A stretch of 64,000 nucleotides of DNA from SAR86 cluster bacterium AG-422-P06 (GTDB taxonomy: Bacteria; Pseudomonadota; Gammaproteobacteria; Magnimaribacterales; TMED112), in assembly GCA_003213455.1 (NCBI GenBank), contig QCMX01000001.1:67497-131496 (forward strand). The letters run 5' to 3'. Below are positions 29,013 to 38,335 of this stretch, piece by piece. How positions within the stretch are numbered: the first letter of the stretch is position 1; the number at the start of each line of letters is the position of its first letter. Under the pieces are notes generated by a model. The model made no database searches. It was not told where the DNA came from and was given only the letters and a program-made list of their open reading frames with translations. A program made the position numbers and the translations under genes.

Positions 29013-30750
29013 AGATTTAAAACAACTCACGAATAAATTCCCCGATGAGCCTGGCATCTATAAGTTTTTTAATAACAATGAAGTACTTTACATCGGTAAA
29101 GCTAAGAATCTAAAGAAAAGAGTAAAAAGCTATTTCTCAGCCAGCCAAACATATAAAACTAAAAGACTTATATCGGTTGCTAATAATATCGAATTCGTAA
29201 CTACCAATAATGAGGTCGATGCATTGCTGCTTGAGCAGAACTTAATTAAATCTGAGAAACCAAAATTTAACATTTTGCTTAGGGACGATAAAAGTTATCC
29301 ATTCATACATTTAGATGAAAAGCACCCATATCCAAAAATTGAGACTAAAAGAGTCCTGAAAGGCCATGAGGGCCTTTATGGACCATATACAAGTGCTTAT
29401 GCCACCCGTATTGCTGTAAATCAAATTCAAAAAGCCTTCAAAGTTAGAACATGTAGCGACAATTATTTTAAGAACCGATCTAGGCCATGCATGGAGTACC
29501 AAATTGGCAGATGCACAGCACCCTGTGTAGGGGAAATTAAAGAAGATGATTACAGAAAAGATATTGAAGATGCAAAGTCAGTTCTGAAAGGAAATTTTAA
29601 AGACCTTGAAAAGAAAATGAAAAGTGAAATGTTGCATGCATCAGATCAAGAAAGGTTTGAACAAGCTGGCGCAATACGAGATAAGCTTGAACAACTAAAA
29701 AAAATAAATCAAAAACAAATAATTTTTACCAAGGGCAGCAATACAAGAGTGGTTGGCATTAGAACTAATCAGAAGCTAATATCAGTTGCAGTCATACAGG
29801 TAGAATCAGATAGGTTTGTAAATTTACAAAAATTTATTTTTAAAAATCACCTCCAAAAGAACGACTACGATGCCTTATTAGAGTTCATACCGAGCTTGAT
29901 TCAAAAGTATCCCTCCGTGAATAAAATTCTCACTGAATTTGATGTCAGTGAAAAAGATATATTTGGGAATATTAAGTTTCTGAAGCCCATTAAAGGTAAA
30001 AAGTCAGAGTGGGTAGAATTGGCAAATAAAAATGCTGTTGATGGCCTGTTTAACCAGGCAACAAAATACCAAAAATATGCACAATCTTTAGATTTCCTTA
30101 AGAGAAATCTAGATATGGAAGATGAACTTACAGTTGTAGGTTTTGATGTTAGTGGCGTAAGTGGCGACATAAAGACAGTATCTTGTGTCAATTTTTCTGA
30201 CAGCAGTTTTGATAAATCTAAATACAGATTTTTTAGGGTGCCGATGGAGATCTCAGAGTCTGATTTAGATTCATTGGTCTTTGGTGTTAATAAATACTTA
30301 AAATCCTTCCCAGCCATTGATTTATTGCTCATAGATGGAGGAAAAACCCACTTAAATTATGTCAAAGAAAGAATGGATCTTGATATTCCTTGTGTCTCGG
30401 TATCAAAGGGTGCAAAAAGAAAGTATGGTCTTGAAACCTTACATACCGATATTGGAGATTACGATTTTAGAAACTCAGAAGATATCTCTAAATTGTTTTT
30501 AGATGTTAGAGATGAGGCACATAGATTTGCTCTTAAGAACTTTAGAAGCAAAAAGCGCAAAGATATGAAACAACACTTCCTTTTTGATATTGCTGGTGTG
30601 GGGCCAAAAATTGTCCAAAGAATCTATGACAAATATAAATCAATTGAACCTCTTGTAGAGTTAACCCCAGATCAAATTTCCTCCGATCTAAAAATTAAAA
30701 TTGAATTAGCTCAGGAGATACAAAGTCTCACAAAAGAGATTTATAATTAA
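29005..30750 (+). CDS. uvrC: excinuclease ABC subunit C
   Basis: 581 aa. GIY-YIG N-terminus (PGIYKFFNNNEVLYIGKAKNLKKRVKSYF), UVR domain (FEQAGAIRDKLEQL) and a C-terminal endonuclease/HhH region. TTG start. Confidence 0.93.
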   Translation: MNKDLKQLTNKFPDEPGIYKFFNNNEVLYIGKAKNLKKRVKSYFSASQTYKTKRLISVANNIEFVTTNNEVDALLLEQNLIKSEKPKFNILLRDDKSYPFIHLDEKHPYPKIETKRVLKGHEGLYGPYTSAYATRIAVNQIQKAFKVRTCSDNYFKNRSRPCMEYQIGRCTAPCVGEIKEDDYRKDIEDAKSVLKGNFKDLEKKMKSEMLHASDQERFEQAGAIRDKLEQLKKINQKQIIFTKGSNTRVVGIRTNQKLISVAVIQVESDRFVNLQKFIFKNHLQKNDYDALLEFIPSLIQKYPSVNKILTEFDVSEKDIFGNIKFLKPIKGKKSEWVELANKNAVDGLFNQATKYQKYAQSLDFLKRNLDMEDELTVVGFDVSGVSGDIKTVSCVNFSDSSFDKSKYRFFRVPMEISESDLDSLVFGVNKYLKSFPAIDLLLIDGGKTHLNYVKERMDLDIPCVSVSKGAKRKYGLETLHTDIGDYDFRNSEDISKLFLDVRDEAHRFALKNFRSKKRKDMKQHFLFDIAGVGPKIVQRIYDKYKSIEPLVELTPDQISSDLKIKIELAQEIQSLTKEIYN

Positions 30751-30754
30751 TCCA

Positions 30755-31186
30755 ATGAGTTCAAGATTTCATTTAGCCATTCCAGTAAAGTGCATAGAAG
30801 AATCAAAAGCATTTTATTGTAATTTTCTTGGTTGCGAAGAAGGAAACTTTGAAAAAGATATGTGGCAAGATATCAATTTCTGGGGCAATGAGCTCACTTT
30901 GCATAACGCCCAAGAAGAAGAACTTAGTGCAAGCCACAGACATCATGTTGATATGGCTGATGTATGTGTTCCCCACTTTGGCATTCATTTGTCTAACGAT
31001 GATTTTCAAGAAGTAAAAAGAAGAATTCAGGAAAGTGAGATTTATGATTTTTTAGATGCTCCTTTCTTGAGATTCAAGGGCGGTTATCGTGAACAAGAAA
31101 CATTTTTTATCAGAGATCCTAGCGGTAACGCAATTGAAATCAAAACAATGAAAGTACCTGAATCTCTTTGGGATACAACCTCTTGA
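30755..31186 (+). CDS. VOC (glyoxalase/bleomycin-resistance/dioxygenase) family protein
   Basis: 143 aa. Motifs FHLAIPV...AKAFY...LGC, VPHFGIHL and FIRDPSGNAIEIK are typical of small VOC-fold proteins. Substrate unknown. Confidence 0.6.
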   Translation: MSSRFHLAIPVKCIEESKAFYCNFLGCEEGNFEKDMWQDINFWGNELTLHNAQEEELSASHRHHVDMADVCVPHFGIHLSNDDFQEVKRRIQESEIYDFLDAPFLRFKGGYREQETFFIRDPSGNAIEIKTMKVPESLWDTTS

Positions 31187-31202
31187 TTAAATCCTTAAAT
31201 CG

Positions 31203-31208
31203 TATAAT
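31203..31208 (+). promoter_or_regulatory. candidate -10 hexamer (TATAAT) in the 102-nt gap upstream of infC
   Basis: Exact TATAAT at 31203-31208, in the only sizeable gap ahead of the infC-to-ahcY overlapping gene chain. There is no convincing -35. A chance match is plausible in AT-rich DNA. Confidence 0.25.
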
Positions 31209-31288
31209 ATTTGCAGTCTATGACATTACTTAAGAAGTTTCACCAGTGCTAATTCTATGCACCACACAATCATTAAACCCAAAATAAT

Positions 31289-31828
31289 TTGAGACCACAA
31301 AGACAAAGAAGAAGACCACCTCAGGCACCTATTAACAAGTATGTTAAAGCTCAAACTTTAACTGTTATAGATGATTCTGGTGAAAAGCTTGGGGTATTCA
31401 GCAAAGATGATGCTGTAAAACTTGCTCAAGACAAAGGTTTAGATTTATTGCAGATTACATTCGACAAAGAACCATGCGTAGCTAAGATCCTAGACTATGG
31501 TAAACATAAATTCGATCAAAAAAAGAAACAGTCTGCCGCTAAAAAACAACAAAAGAAAATAGAACAAAAAGAAATTAAAATGAGACCAAATATTGATACT
31601 GGGGATATCAAAACCAAACTGAAAAAAATTATGGGCTTTATTGAAAAGAAAGCTAACGTAAAAATCTCAGTAACTTTCCGTGGAAGAGAGCTAGGAAACA
31701 CGAGTTTTGGTAAAACTTTACTTGACAGCATCATCAAAGAAACGGAAGATATTGCTTCTGTGTTAGTAGAGCCAAAGTTTGAAAATAGAACATACAGTGC
31801 GCTATTAACACCAAAGAAAGTAAAATGA
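31289..31828 (+). CDS. infC: translation initiation factor IF-3
   Basis: 179 aa. [22 protein letters not shown] (N-domain) and [21 protein letters not shown]...VSVTFRGRE (C-domain). Non-ATG (TTG) start at 31289, in line with the atypical starts known for infC. Confidence 0.9.
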   Translation: MRPQRQRRRPPQAPINKYVKAQTLTVIDDSGEKLGVFSKDDAVKLAQDKGLDLLQITFDKEPCVAKILDYGKHKFDQKKKQSAAKKQQKKIEQKEIKMRPNIDTGDIKTKLKKIMGFIEKKANVKISVTFRGRELGNTSFGKTLLDSIIKETEDIASVLVEPKFENRTYSALLTPKKVK

Positions 31829-32016
31829 GTAAATTAAAGAATCACTCTGGTGCAAAAAAGAGGTTTAAAACAACTGGCTCTGGTCTAAAAATGAGATCAG
31901 CAGGCAGAAACCATATATTGTCAAAACATAAGACTAAAAAGAAAAGACATGCCAGGGGAACAGCTCACCTAGAGGGTGCAAATCTGAAGGTAGTTAATAA
32001 ATTATTGGAAGCTTAA
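31825..32016 (+). CDS. rpmI: 50S ribosomal protein L35
   Basis: 63 aa. [20 protein letters not shown]...[13 protein letters not shown]. Confidence 0.95.
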   Translation: MSKLKNHSGAKKRFKTTGSGLKMRSAGRNHILSKHKTKKKRHARGTAHLEGANLKVVNKLLEA

Positions 32017-32017
32017 G

Positions 32018-32365
32018 ATGCCAAGAACAACAAAAGGAAATTTAGCGGCAAAAAAACATAAAGCTGTATTAGCTAGAACTAAGGGCCATTATGGTGCTCG
32101 TTCTCGTTTATTTAAAACGGCTAAACAATCATTAATTAAATCCCTGCAATATGCCTATAGGGATAGAAAAAATAGAAAAAGAGATTTTAGAAGACTATGG
32201 ATTACTCGTATTAATGCCGAAGTCAGAAATCTTGGGCATACCTATTCTAAGTTCATCGCTGGTATGAACAAAAAGGGCATAGAACTTGACAGAAAGATGC
32301 TGTCAGAGTTAGCTATACAGGATAAAGCAGCTTTTGAAAAAGTTGTGAAAACTGCTATAGATTAA
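32018..32365 (+). CDS. rplT: 50S ribosomal protein L20
   Basis: 115 aa. [25 protein letters not shown]. Confidence 0.96.
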   Translation: MPRTTKGNLAAKKHKAVLARTKGHYGARSRLFKTAKQSLIKSLQYAYRDRKNRKRDFRRLWITRINAEVRNLGHTYSKFIAGMNKKGIELDRKMLSELAIQDKAAFEKVVKTAID

Positions 32366-33087
32366 TGTCAAAACCAAAAGAGATATTTTTACCTAGTCTA
32401 GATCGAGAGATCGGGGCAGTTCACCCTATTAACCAAGTTAAGTTTGAATTAGTAAAACTACTAACATCTTTTGGCTTTGAAGTTGCAGAAGGCCCTGAAA
32501 TTGAGAGTGAAGAATACAATTTTGATATGTTGAACATTCCTGCAACTCACCCTGCCAGAGAGATGCATGACACCTTTTATGTCGATGGTATGAAAAATGT
32601 GCTTCGAACCCATACTTCACCAGTGCAAGTAAGATGCATGCTTGAGAAGCAAGGCCCAATGGCATTTGTGTCACCAGGAAAAGTTTATAGAAAAGATGAT
32701 GATGCTACTCATCTTCCTATGTTCCATCAAATAGAAGGTATATTCATTGATGAGAACGTCAGTTTTGCTCACTTAAAAGACCTTATCTATAAGATATGCC
32801 ACTCATTGTTTGGTGAAGAGGCAAAATTAAGGTTTAGACCATCTTACTTCCCATTTACTGAACCATCTGCTGAGGTAGATGTCTTATTTGGCGATAAATG
32901 GCTAGAAATATTGGGTTGTGGAGTCGTTAATCCAAAAGTTTTAGAAAACTGCAAAATTGATTCAAAGAAATATTCTGGTTTAGCTTTTGGTCTTGGTATT
33001 GAAAGAATTGCGATGCTGAAATATGAAGTTAGTGACATTAGAGATTTTTATAAATCAAACTTAGATTTCTTGAGGCAATTCAAATGA
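32365..33087 (+). CDS. pheS: phenylalanine--tRNA ligase alpha subunit (N-terminally short)
   Basis: 240 aa. Class II catalytic core present: HPINQV, NIPATHPAREMHDTFY, LRTHTSPVQVR, FRPSYFPFTEPSAEVDV, GLAFGLGIERIAML. Begins 1 nt inside the rplT stop, so no coding room exists for the roughly 85-aa coiled-coil arm. Confidence 0.92.
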   Translation: MSKPKEIFLPSLDREIGAVHPINQVKFELVKLLTSFGFEVAEGPEIESEEYNFDMLNIPATHPAREMHDTFYVDGMKNVLRTHTSPVQVRCMLEKQGPMAFVSPGKVYRKDDDATHLPMFHQIEGIFIDENVSFAHLKDLIYKICHSLFGEEAKLRFRPSYFPFTEPSAEVDVLFGDKWLEILGCGVVNPKVLENCKIDSKKYSGLAFGLGIERIAMLKYEVSDIRDFYKSNLDFLRQFK

Positions 33088-35021
33088 AAATAGTATATTC
33101 GCATTTGCTCAATTTCTTGGAAAAAAAACCATCTCTTGCAGAACTCTCCGATAAATTATTTCAATTAGGCCATGAGCATGAGATAGAAGGTGAAGTCATG
33201 GATCTAGAAATTACACCTAATAGAGGTGATTGTTTATCACTAAAGGGTATCGCCAGAGATCTGAATCATTTCTATAAAGCTGATTTGGATACAGAACACT
33301 ATGATGCCGATATTCCAGAATCAAATTTAGCCTTTGAAAATAAAGCAGAAGATCTTTGCCCAAACATTAGTTTTGTTGAAATTGAGATTGAGGGAAAAGT
33401 TCAAGCTTATGCACCTTACCTAGAGAATTACTTTCAAGATCTAAAGCTTAATAAGAATAATTTGTTTACTGATATTTCTAACTACCTTGCCTATGAAACA
33501 GGCCAGCCAACTCACTGCTATGATGCCACTAAAATAAATGGTCCTTTAGTGCTTGAGAAAAGAAATAAACAAGAAAAATTTAAAACACTCCTGGGCAGTG
33601 AAATAGAACTCAAGGGAGAAAATTTAGTTTTCACAATTAATGATGTTGCAGTTGATTTAGCTGGAACCATGGGTGATGAAAGCACTTCATGCAGGGCAGA
33701 CACAACAAAAGTTCTAGTTGAATGTGCCTATTTCAAGCCTGAGGAGATTCTAGGTAAAGCTCGTCAATATAACCTCAACTCTGAGGCATCCTACAAATTT
33801 GAGCGAGGAGTTGATTACCTTGCCCAAGAACAAGCCCTAAGAAGATTCATAGCTATAGTATCTGACCATGCAAAGATTAAATCACTTGCACTAAAAACAG
33901 AACAAAGAAAAGTGGACAGAACTAAAGTAGAGTTTGATTCTGATAGATTAAACAAAATTATTGGTACAGAGCTCTCAGAAACAGAACAAAAGGACTATCT
34001 AAATTCTCTCTATTTTAAAACAGAAGAAAAAGTAGTGGTTCCTTCTCATAGATCAGATATAGATCAACTAAATGATCTTGCAGAAGAGATCACCAGAATG
34101 ATTGGCTATGACAATATTGCCTCGAAAGCATTAGCCTTGCCCGTTAAAGCTAAAAAAATAGAAGCAAGTTTTGAAGATCTATGCCGAAGTTATCTTATAA
34201 ACAATGGTTTTTTTGAAGTGGTAAATTTTCCATTCAATGATAATCAAGATGAAGCTGCTATTTCAGTGGATAATCCATTAGATAAGCAACGATCAAAAAT
34301 GAGAGTTTGTATAACCAAATCACTAAAAGAAAATGTTGTTTTTAATCAAAACAGACAGAAAGATTCAATAAAGTTTTTTGAATTTTCTGATATTTATACC
34401 AAAGATGGCAATGAAAATAAGTTAGCTGTCATTGTTAGCGGCAGAACAAATAAAAATTTCAAAGAATTCAATTCTCAGCTTGATTATGCTTATTTGAAAG
34501 GGCTTATTAAAACAATTTTTTCTGAAATCTTAGGTAAGGAATTGAATTTTGAGCTAGAGCAGTCTAAAAATTATGATCTATATGAAAAAGTTTATTGTGA
34601 TGACGTTCACATTGGTAGAATTGGTAAGCTTTCTAAAGAATTTGTTGGCTCCAAAACGAAAACACCCGTATTCAGTTTTGAAATAGTTCTCAACAATCTT
34701 CAACTGCCGGCCAAGAAGCAAAGTAAAATCTCAGATTTTCCAGCCTCATACCGTGACCTATCATTTAGTCTTGATAGCCATGATAATCTTGGAGAGCTTG
34801 CTACACTCATTGAAAAACACAAAGAATCAACTGCATTAATGACAGATTGTTTTGTCTTTGATTTATTTGAAAATAAAAAACAGAACATTTTGAAAGTTGG
34901 GTATAGATTTAAGTTCCAGGCTATTGAAAATAACATAACCGATGAAGAAACCGAAGCTGTTATGAATCCATTAATTAAAGAATCTCTAGAAATTGATGGT
35001 GTCAATATTGAGGGCTTGTAA
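33084..35021 (+). CDS. pheT: phenylalanine--tRNA ligase beta subunit (lacks tRNA_bind/B2 OB-fold)
   Basis: 645 aa. The B1 start (LSDKLFQLGHEHEIEG) runs directly into EITPNRGDCLSLKGIARDL. B3_4, B5 and a C-terminal FDX-ACB-like domain (ISDFPASYRDLSFSLD...) are present. Confidence 0.9.
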   Translation: MKIVYSHLLNFLEKKPSLAELSDKLFQLGHEHEIEGEVMDLEITPNRGDCLSLKGIARDLNHFYKADLDTEHYDADIPESNLAFENKAEDLCPNISFVEIEIEGKVQAYAPYLENYFQDLKLNKNNLFTDISNYLAYETGQPTHCYDATKINGPLVLEKRNKQEKFKTLLGSEIELKGENLVFTINDVAVDLAGTMGDESTSCRADTTKVLVECAYFKPEEILGKARQYNLNSEASYKFERGVDYLAQEQALRRFIAIVSDHAKIKSLALKTEQRKVDRTKVEFDSDRLNKIIGTELSETEQKDYLNSLYFKTEEKVVVPSHRSDIDQLNDLAEEITRMIGYDNIASKALALPVKAKKIEASFEDLCRSYLINNGFFEVVNFPFNDNQDEAAISVDNPLDKQRSKMRVCITKSLKENVVFNQNRQKDSIKFFEFSDIYTKDGNENKLAVIVSGRTNKNFKEFNSQLDYAYLKGLIKTIFSEILGKELNFELEQSKNYDLYEKVYCDDVHIGRIGKLSKEFVGSKTKTPVFSFEIVLNNLQLPAKKQSKISDFPASYRDLSFSLDSHDNLGELATLIEKHKESTALMTDCFVFDLFENKKQNILKVGYRFKFQAIENNITDEETEAVMNPLIKESLEIDGVNIEGL

Positions 35022-36166
35022 TGTCTTATATCTTTACGTCTGAATCAGTTTCAGAAGGGCATCCTGACAAAATTTGCGATCAGATTTCTGATGCAATATT
35101 AGATGAATGTTTGAAATCAGATTCAAATTCACGAGTAGCTTGCGAGACTTTAATAAAAAACAATACAGTTATTGTTGCTGGTGAAATCACCTCAAAATCA
35201 GAGGTAGATTATGAAGCCGTAGCAAGAAAAGTTGTTGAAGATATAGGTTATATCGAAGATGAGCTTGGATTTACCAGCAGTGGCTTTGAATTTCAAAATC
35301 TCATATCTGAGCAAAGCAAAGATATAGATGCTGGTATATCAGGAGATGTGGTTTTAGGCTCAGGAGATCAAGGTTTGATGTTTGGTTATGCCTGCAAAGA
35401 GACTCCAGAACTTATGCCATTGCCAATTGCTTTAGCCCATAAATTAATGCTCAAACATTCTGAAGTTAGAAAAACCAAAGGACTAGGCTTAAGACCAGAC
35501 GCTAAATCACAAGTTTCTGTAGAATACGATTCTAACTACCAGCCAAAACGTATCGATTCTATAGTTCTATCAACACAACATAATGGTGATCTAGATTTGG
35601 AGAACTTAAGAGAAATCGTTAAAACACAAATTATTGATTTATGTTTACCAAAGACACTTTTGGATAATGATACAAAATACCTTATAAACCCTGCAGGTCG
35701 ATTTGTAATCGGTGGGCCAGTTGGTGATTGTGGCTTAACTGGAAGAAAAATTATTGTGGACACCTATGGTGGTATGGCTAGACATGGTGGCGGTGGTTTT
35801 TCAGGTAAAGACCCATCAAAAGTAGATCGCTCAGCTGCCTATGGGCTCAGGCAAGTTGCAAAATCATTAGTTAAAAATGAGCTTTGTGATTATTGTGAAG
35901 TGCAAGCATCATATGCAATTGGAGTTTCTGAACCAATATCAATTTATATCAACACTTTTGAATCAGAAAAAATAAAATTAAGTGAAATACAAAAAATTGT
36001 TCAGGATAATTTTGATTTATCTCCATCAGGCTTAATTAATTCACTTAATTTATTAATGCCTATTTATTCAAAGACTGCTTCTTATGGCCATTTTGGTAGA
36101 GAAGACCAAGGCTTTACATGGGAAATACCATTAAATTTAAAAAATACTGCTAAAATTAACACATGA
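35021..36166 (+). CDS. metK: S-adenosylmethionine synthase
   Basis: 381 aa. Motifs FTSESVSEGHPDKICDQISD, GAGDQGLMFGYA-type (GSGDQGLMFGYA), GGGGFSGKDPSKVDRSAAY. Confidence 0.98.
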   Translation: MSYIFTSESVSEGHPDKICDQISDAILDECLKSDSNSRVACETLIKNNTVIVAGEITSKSEVDYEAVARKVVEDIGYIEDELGFTSSGFEFQNLISEQSKDIDAGISGDVVLGSGDQGLMFGYACKETPELMPLPIALAHKLMLKHSEVRKTKGLGLRPDAKSQVSVEYDSNYQPKRIDSIVLSTQHNGDLDLENLREIVKTQIIDLCLPKTLLDNDTKYLINPAGRFVIGGPVGDCGLTGRKIIVDTYGGMARHGGGGFSGKDPSKVDRSAAYGLRQVAKSLVKNELCDYCEVQASYAIGVSEPISIYINTFESEKIKLSEIQKIVQDNFDLSPSGLINSLNLLMPIYSKTASYGHFGREDQGFTWEIPLNLKNTAKINT

Positions 36167-36939
36167 AAATCTCAGTAGTCAGTGGAGGCTTTGATCCTAT
36201 ACATTCTGGCCATATAAGTTATATAAATGCTGCTAAAAAATATGGCGACTACCTTATTATTGCTCTTAACAGCGATGAATGGCTAAGACAAAAGAAAGGT
36301 AAAGAGTTTATGCCATTTGAGGAGAGAAAATCTATCCTTGAAAGTATAAAAAATGTAGATGAAGTATTAGCTTTTGAAGATGATAAGTTAGGTAGCTGCA
36401 TGAATGCTCTTGAAAAGATCAAAGCTAAATTTCCAAATGATAAGATCATCTTTTGTAATGGTGGTGATAGAGGAAAAGAGAATATTCCTGAAATGGCTGT
36501 TAGTGGTATAAATTTTGAGTTCAGCGTTGGTGGCGATGATAAAAAAAATTCAAGTAGCTGGATTTTAAAAAATTGGAAATACGATAAAGAAAGAAGGATT
36601 TGGGGCGAGTTTTTTAATTTATTTGAAGATGATCAAGTAAAAGTTAAAGAGCTTATTATTGAACCAAAAAAAGGAATGAGTCTTCAAAAACATCACAAAA
36701 GAAGTGAAATATGGCTAGTCTCTCAAGGCAAGTGCCTTGTGAATTATTCAAAATTCGCTCCTGATAAAATTGAAGAAATTACTTTAGATAAACATAATAG
36801 TTTACACGTTGAATTAGGCGATTGGCATCAAATAACTAACCCTTTCAATGAAATATGCAAGATCATTGAAATACAATATGGCAAAGAAACTATTGAAGAG
36901 GACATAGAAAGACATAGTTATTATAAAGATAATGAGTAA
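36163..36939 (+). CDS. fusion protein: cytidylyltransferase-like (HxGH) nucleotidyltransferase domain + type-II phosphomannose-isomerase-like cupin domain
   Basis: 258 aa. N-terminal half [34 protein letters not shown] (CTP_transf_like/RfaE-domain-II/TagD type). C-terminal half [47 protein letters not shown]...[15 protein letters not shown] matches the ManC C-terminal cupin pattern (RPWG...vKri.v.PG..lSLQ.HhhRsEhW.vv.G...iEvQ.G.yl.EdDI.R). ATGA overlap with metK and 8-nt overlap with ahcY. Confidence 0.7.
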   Translation: MKISVVSGGFDPIHSGHISYINAAKKYGDYLIIALNSDEWLRQKKGKEFMPFEERKSILESIKNVDEVLAFEDDKLGSCMNALEKIKAKFPNDKIIFCNGGDRGKENIPEMAVSGINFEFSVGGDDKKNSSSWILKNWKYDKERRIWGEFFNLFEDDQVKVKELIIEPKKGMSLQKHHKRSEIWLVSQGKCLVNYSKFAPDKIEEITLDKHNSLHVELGDWHQITNPFNEICKIIEIQYGKETIEEDIERHSYYKDNE

Positions 36940-38290
36940 TTTCAAAGATTTTAAGGTTAAAGACATTTCTCTTGCAGAATTTGGTAGGCAAGAAATTTTA
37001 CTTGCGCAAGATGAAATGCCAGCACTTATGCAATTAAGAGAGAAGTACCGAGCTGAACAGCCTCTTAAAGGTGCAAAAATTATGGGATGCATCCATATGA
37101 CTATCCAAACAGCAGTATTAATAGAGACTCTTATTGATTTGGGAGCAGAAGTGAGATGGTCCTCATGCAATATTTTTTCAACACAAGATCATGCTGCTGC
37201 AGCTATAGCTGATAAAGGTATACCTGTTTTTGCATGGAAAGGTGAAACAGAAGAAGAATATGAATGGTGCTTAGATCAAACAATTAATAAGGATGGCCAG
37301 CCTTGGGATGCAAACATGATTCTTGACGATGGTGGGGACTTAACAATTAAAGTTCATAAAGAATATCCTGAAATGTTAGAGCATATACATGGGATTTCTG
37401 AGGAAACCACAACAGGCGTAAAAAGACTTGAAGAAATGCTTGCTAATGGCGAGCTAAAGGTGCCGGCAATTAATGTTAATGACTCTATGACAAAATCGAA
37501 GAATGATAATAAGTATGGATGTCGTCATGGCCTAGATGATGCTATTAAGCGTGGCACAGATATGTTGTTATCTGGCAAAAAAGCGCTAGTTATAGGTTAT
37601 GGTGATGTTGGAAAAGGGTCTGCAGATTCGCTCAAACAACAAAAAATGATAGTTGATGTTACAGAAATTGATCCTATCTGTGCAATGCAAGCATGTTTTG
37701 ATGGTTTCTGTGTAGTTTCAGCTTATGAGGATGGTGAAGTAACCAAGGATGGAACAAGACTAAACAAAGACTTACTGAGAAAATATGATCTAGTTGTGAC
37801 GACAACAGGAAATGTAAATGTTCTAGATAAATTTATGCTTGATGCATTGAAATCTGGTTGTGTTGTTTGCAATATTGGCCATTTTGATAACGAGATAGAT
37901 ATCAAGCATCTTAAAAGTTTTGAGTGGTACGAGGTAAAACCTGGTGTTCATAAAGTCCAAAGATCTGATAAGGATTACTTATTGCTTTTGGGTGAGGGTA
38001 GACTTGTTAATTTAGCACTAGCCACTGGCCATCCAAGCAGAGTTATGGATGGATCATTTTGTAATCAAGTGATGGCACAAATTTCACTATTTAAAGAAGC
38101 TTTTGCTTCAAAGAATCCAGATGAAAAAGAACTTTTTGTGAAAGTTCTTCCTAAAAAGCTTGACGAAGAAGTGGCATCATTAATGGTTAAAGGGTTCGGA
38201 GGCACAATCACAAGACTTACAGATGAACAGTCAAAATACATCAAAGTCGATAAAACAGGACCATTTAAGGGTGAAAAGTATACGTACTAA
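36932..38290 (+). CDS. ahcY: adenosylhomocysteinase
   Basis: 452 aa. Motifs [70 protein letters not shown]. Confidence 0.97.
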   Translation: MSNFKDFKVKDISLAEFGRQEILLAQDEMPALMQLREKYRAEQPLKGAKIMGCIHMTIQTAVLIETLIDLGAEVRWSSCNIFSTQDHAAAAIADKGIPVFAWKGETEEEYEWCLDQTINKDGQPWDANMILDDGGDLTIKVHKEYPEMLEHIHGISEETTTGVKRLEEMLANGELKVPAINVNDSMTKSKNDNKYGCRHGLDDAIKRGTDMLLSGKKALVIGYGDVGKGSADSLKQQKMIVDVTEIDPICAMQACFDGFCVVSAYEDGEVTKDGTRLNKDLLRKYDLVVTTTGNVNVLDKFMLDALKSGCVVCNIGHFDNEIDIKHLKSFEWYEVKPGVHKVQRSDKDYLLLLGEGRLVNLALATGHPSRVMDGSFCNQVMAQISLFKEAFASKNPDEKELFVKVLPKKLDEEVASLMVKGFGGTITRLTDEQSKYIKVDKTGPFKGEKYTY

Positions 38291-38323
38291 GTTACTTTCT
38301 AAGAAATCCATTTGTTATTTAGA

Positions 38324-38329
38324 TATAAT
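38324..38329 (+). promoter_or_regulatory. candidate -10 hexamer (TATAAT) 6 nt upstream of the gmd ATG
   Basis: Exact TATAAT at 38324-38329 and ATG at 38336. No Shine-Dalgarno-like purine run in the 45-nt gap. No good -35. Could be chance in AT-rich DNA. Confidence 0.25.
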
Positions 38330-38335
38330 TGAAAT

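Noticed and set aside
35000-36940. Expected SAM/SAH-responsive riboswitches or leaders upstream of metK and ahcY
   Set aside because: There is no intergenic sequence at either junction. metK overlaps the pheT stop, and ahcY overlaps the upstream gene by 8 nt.
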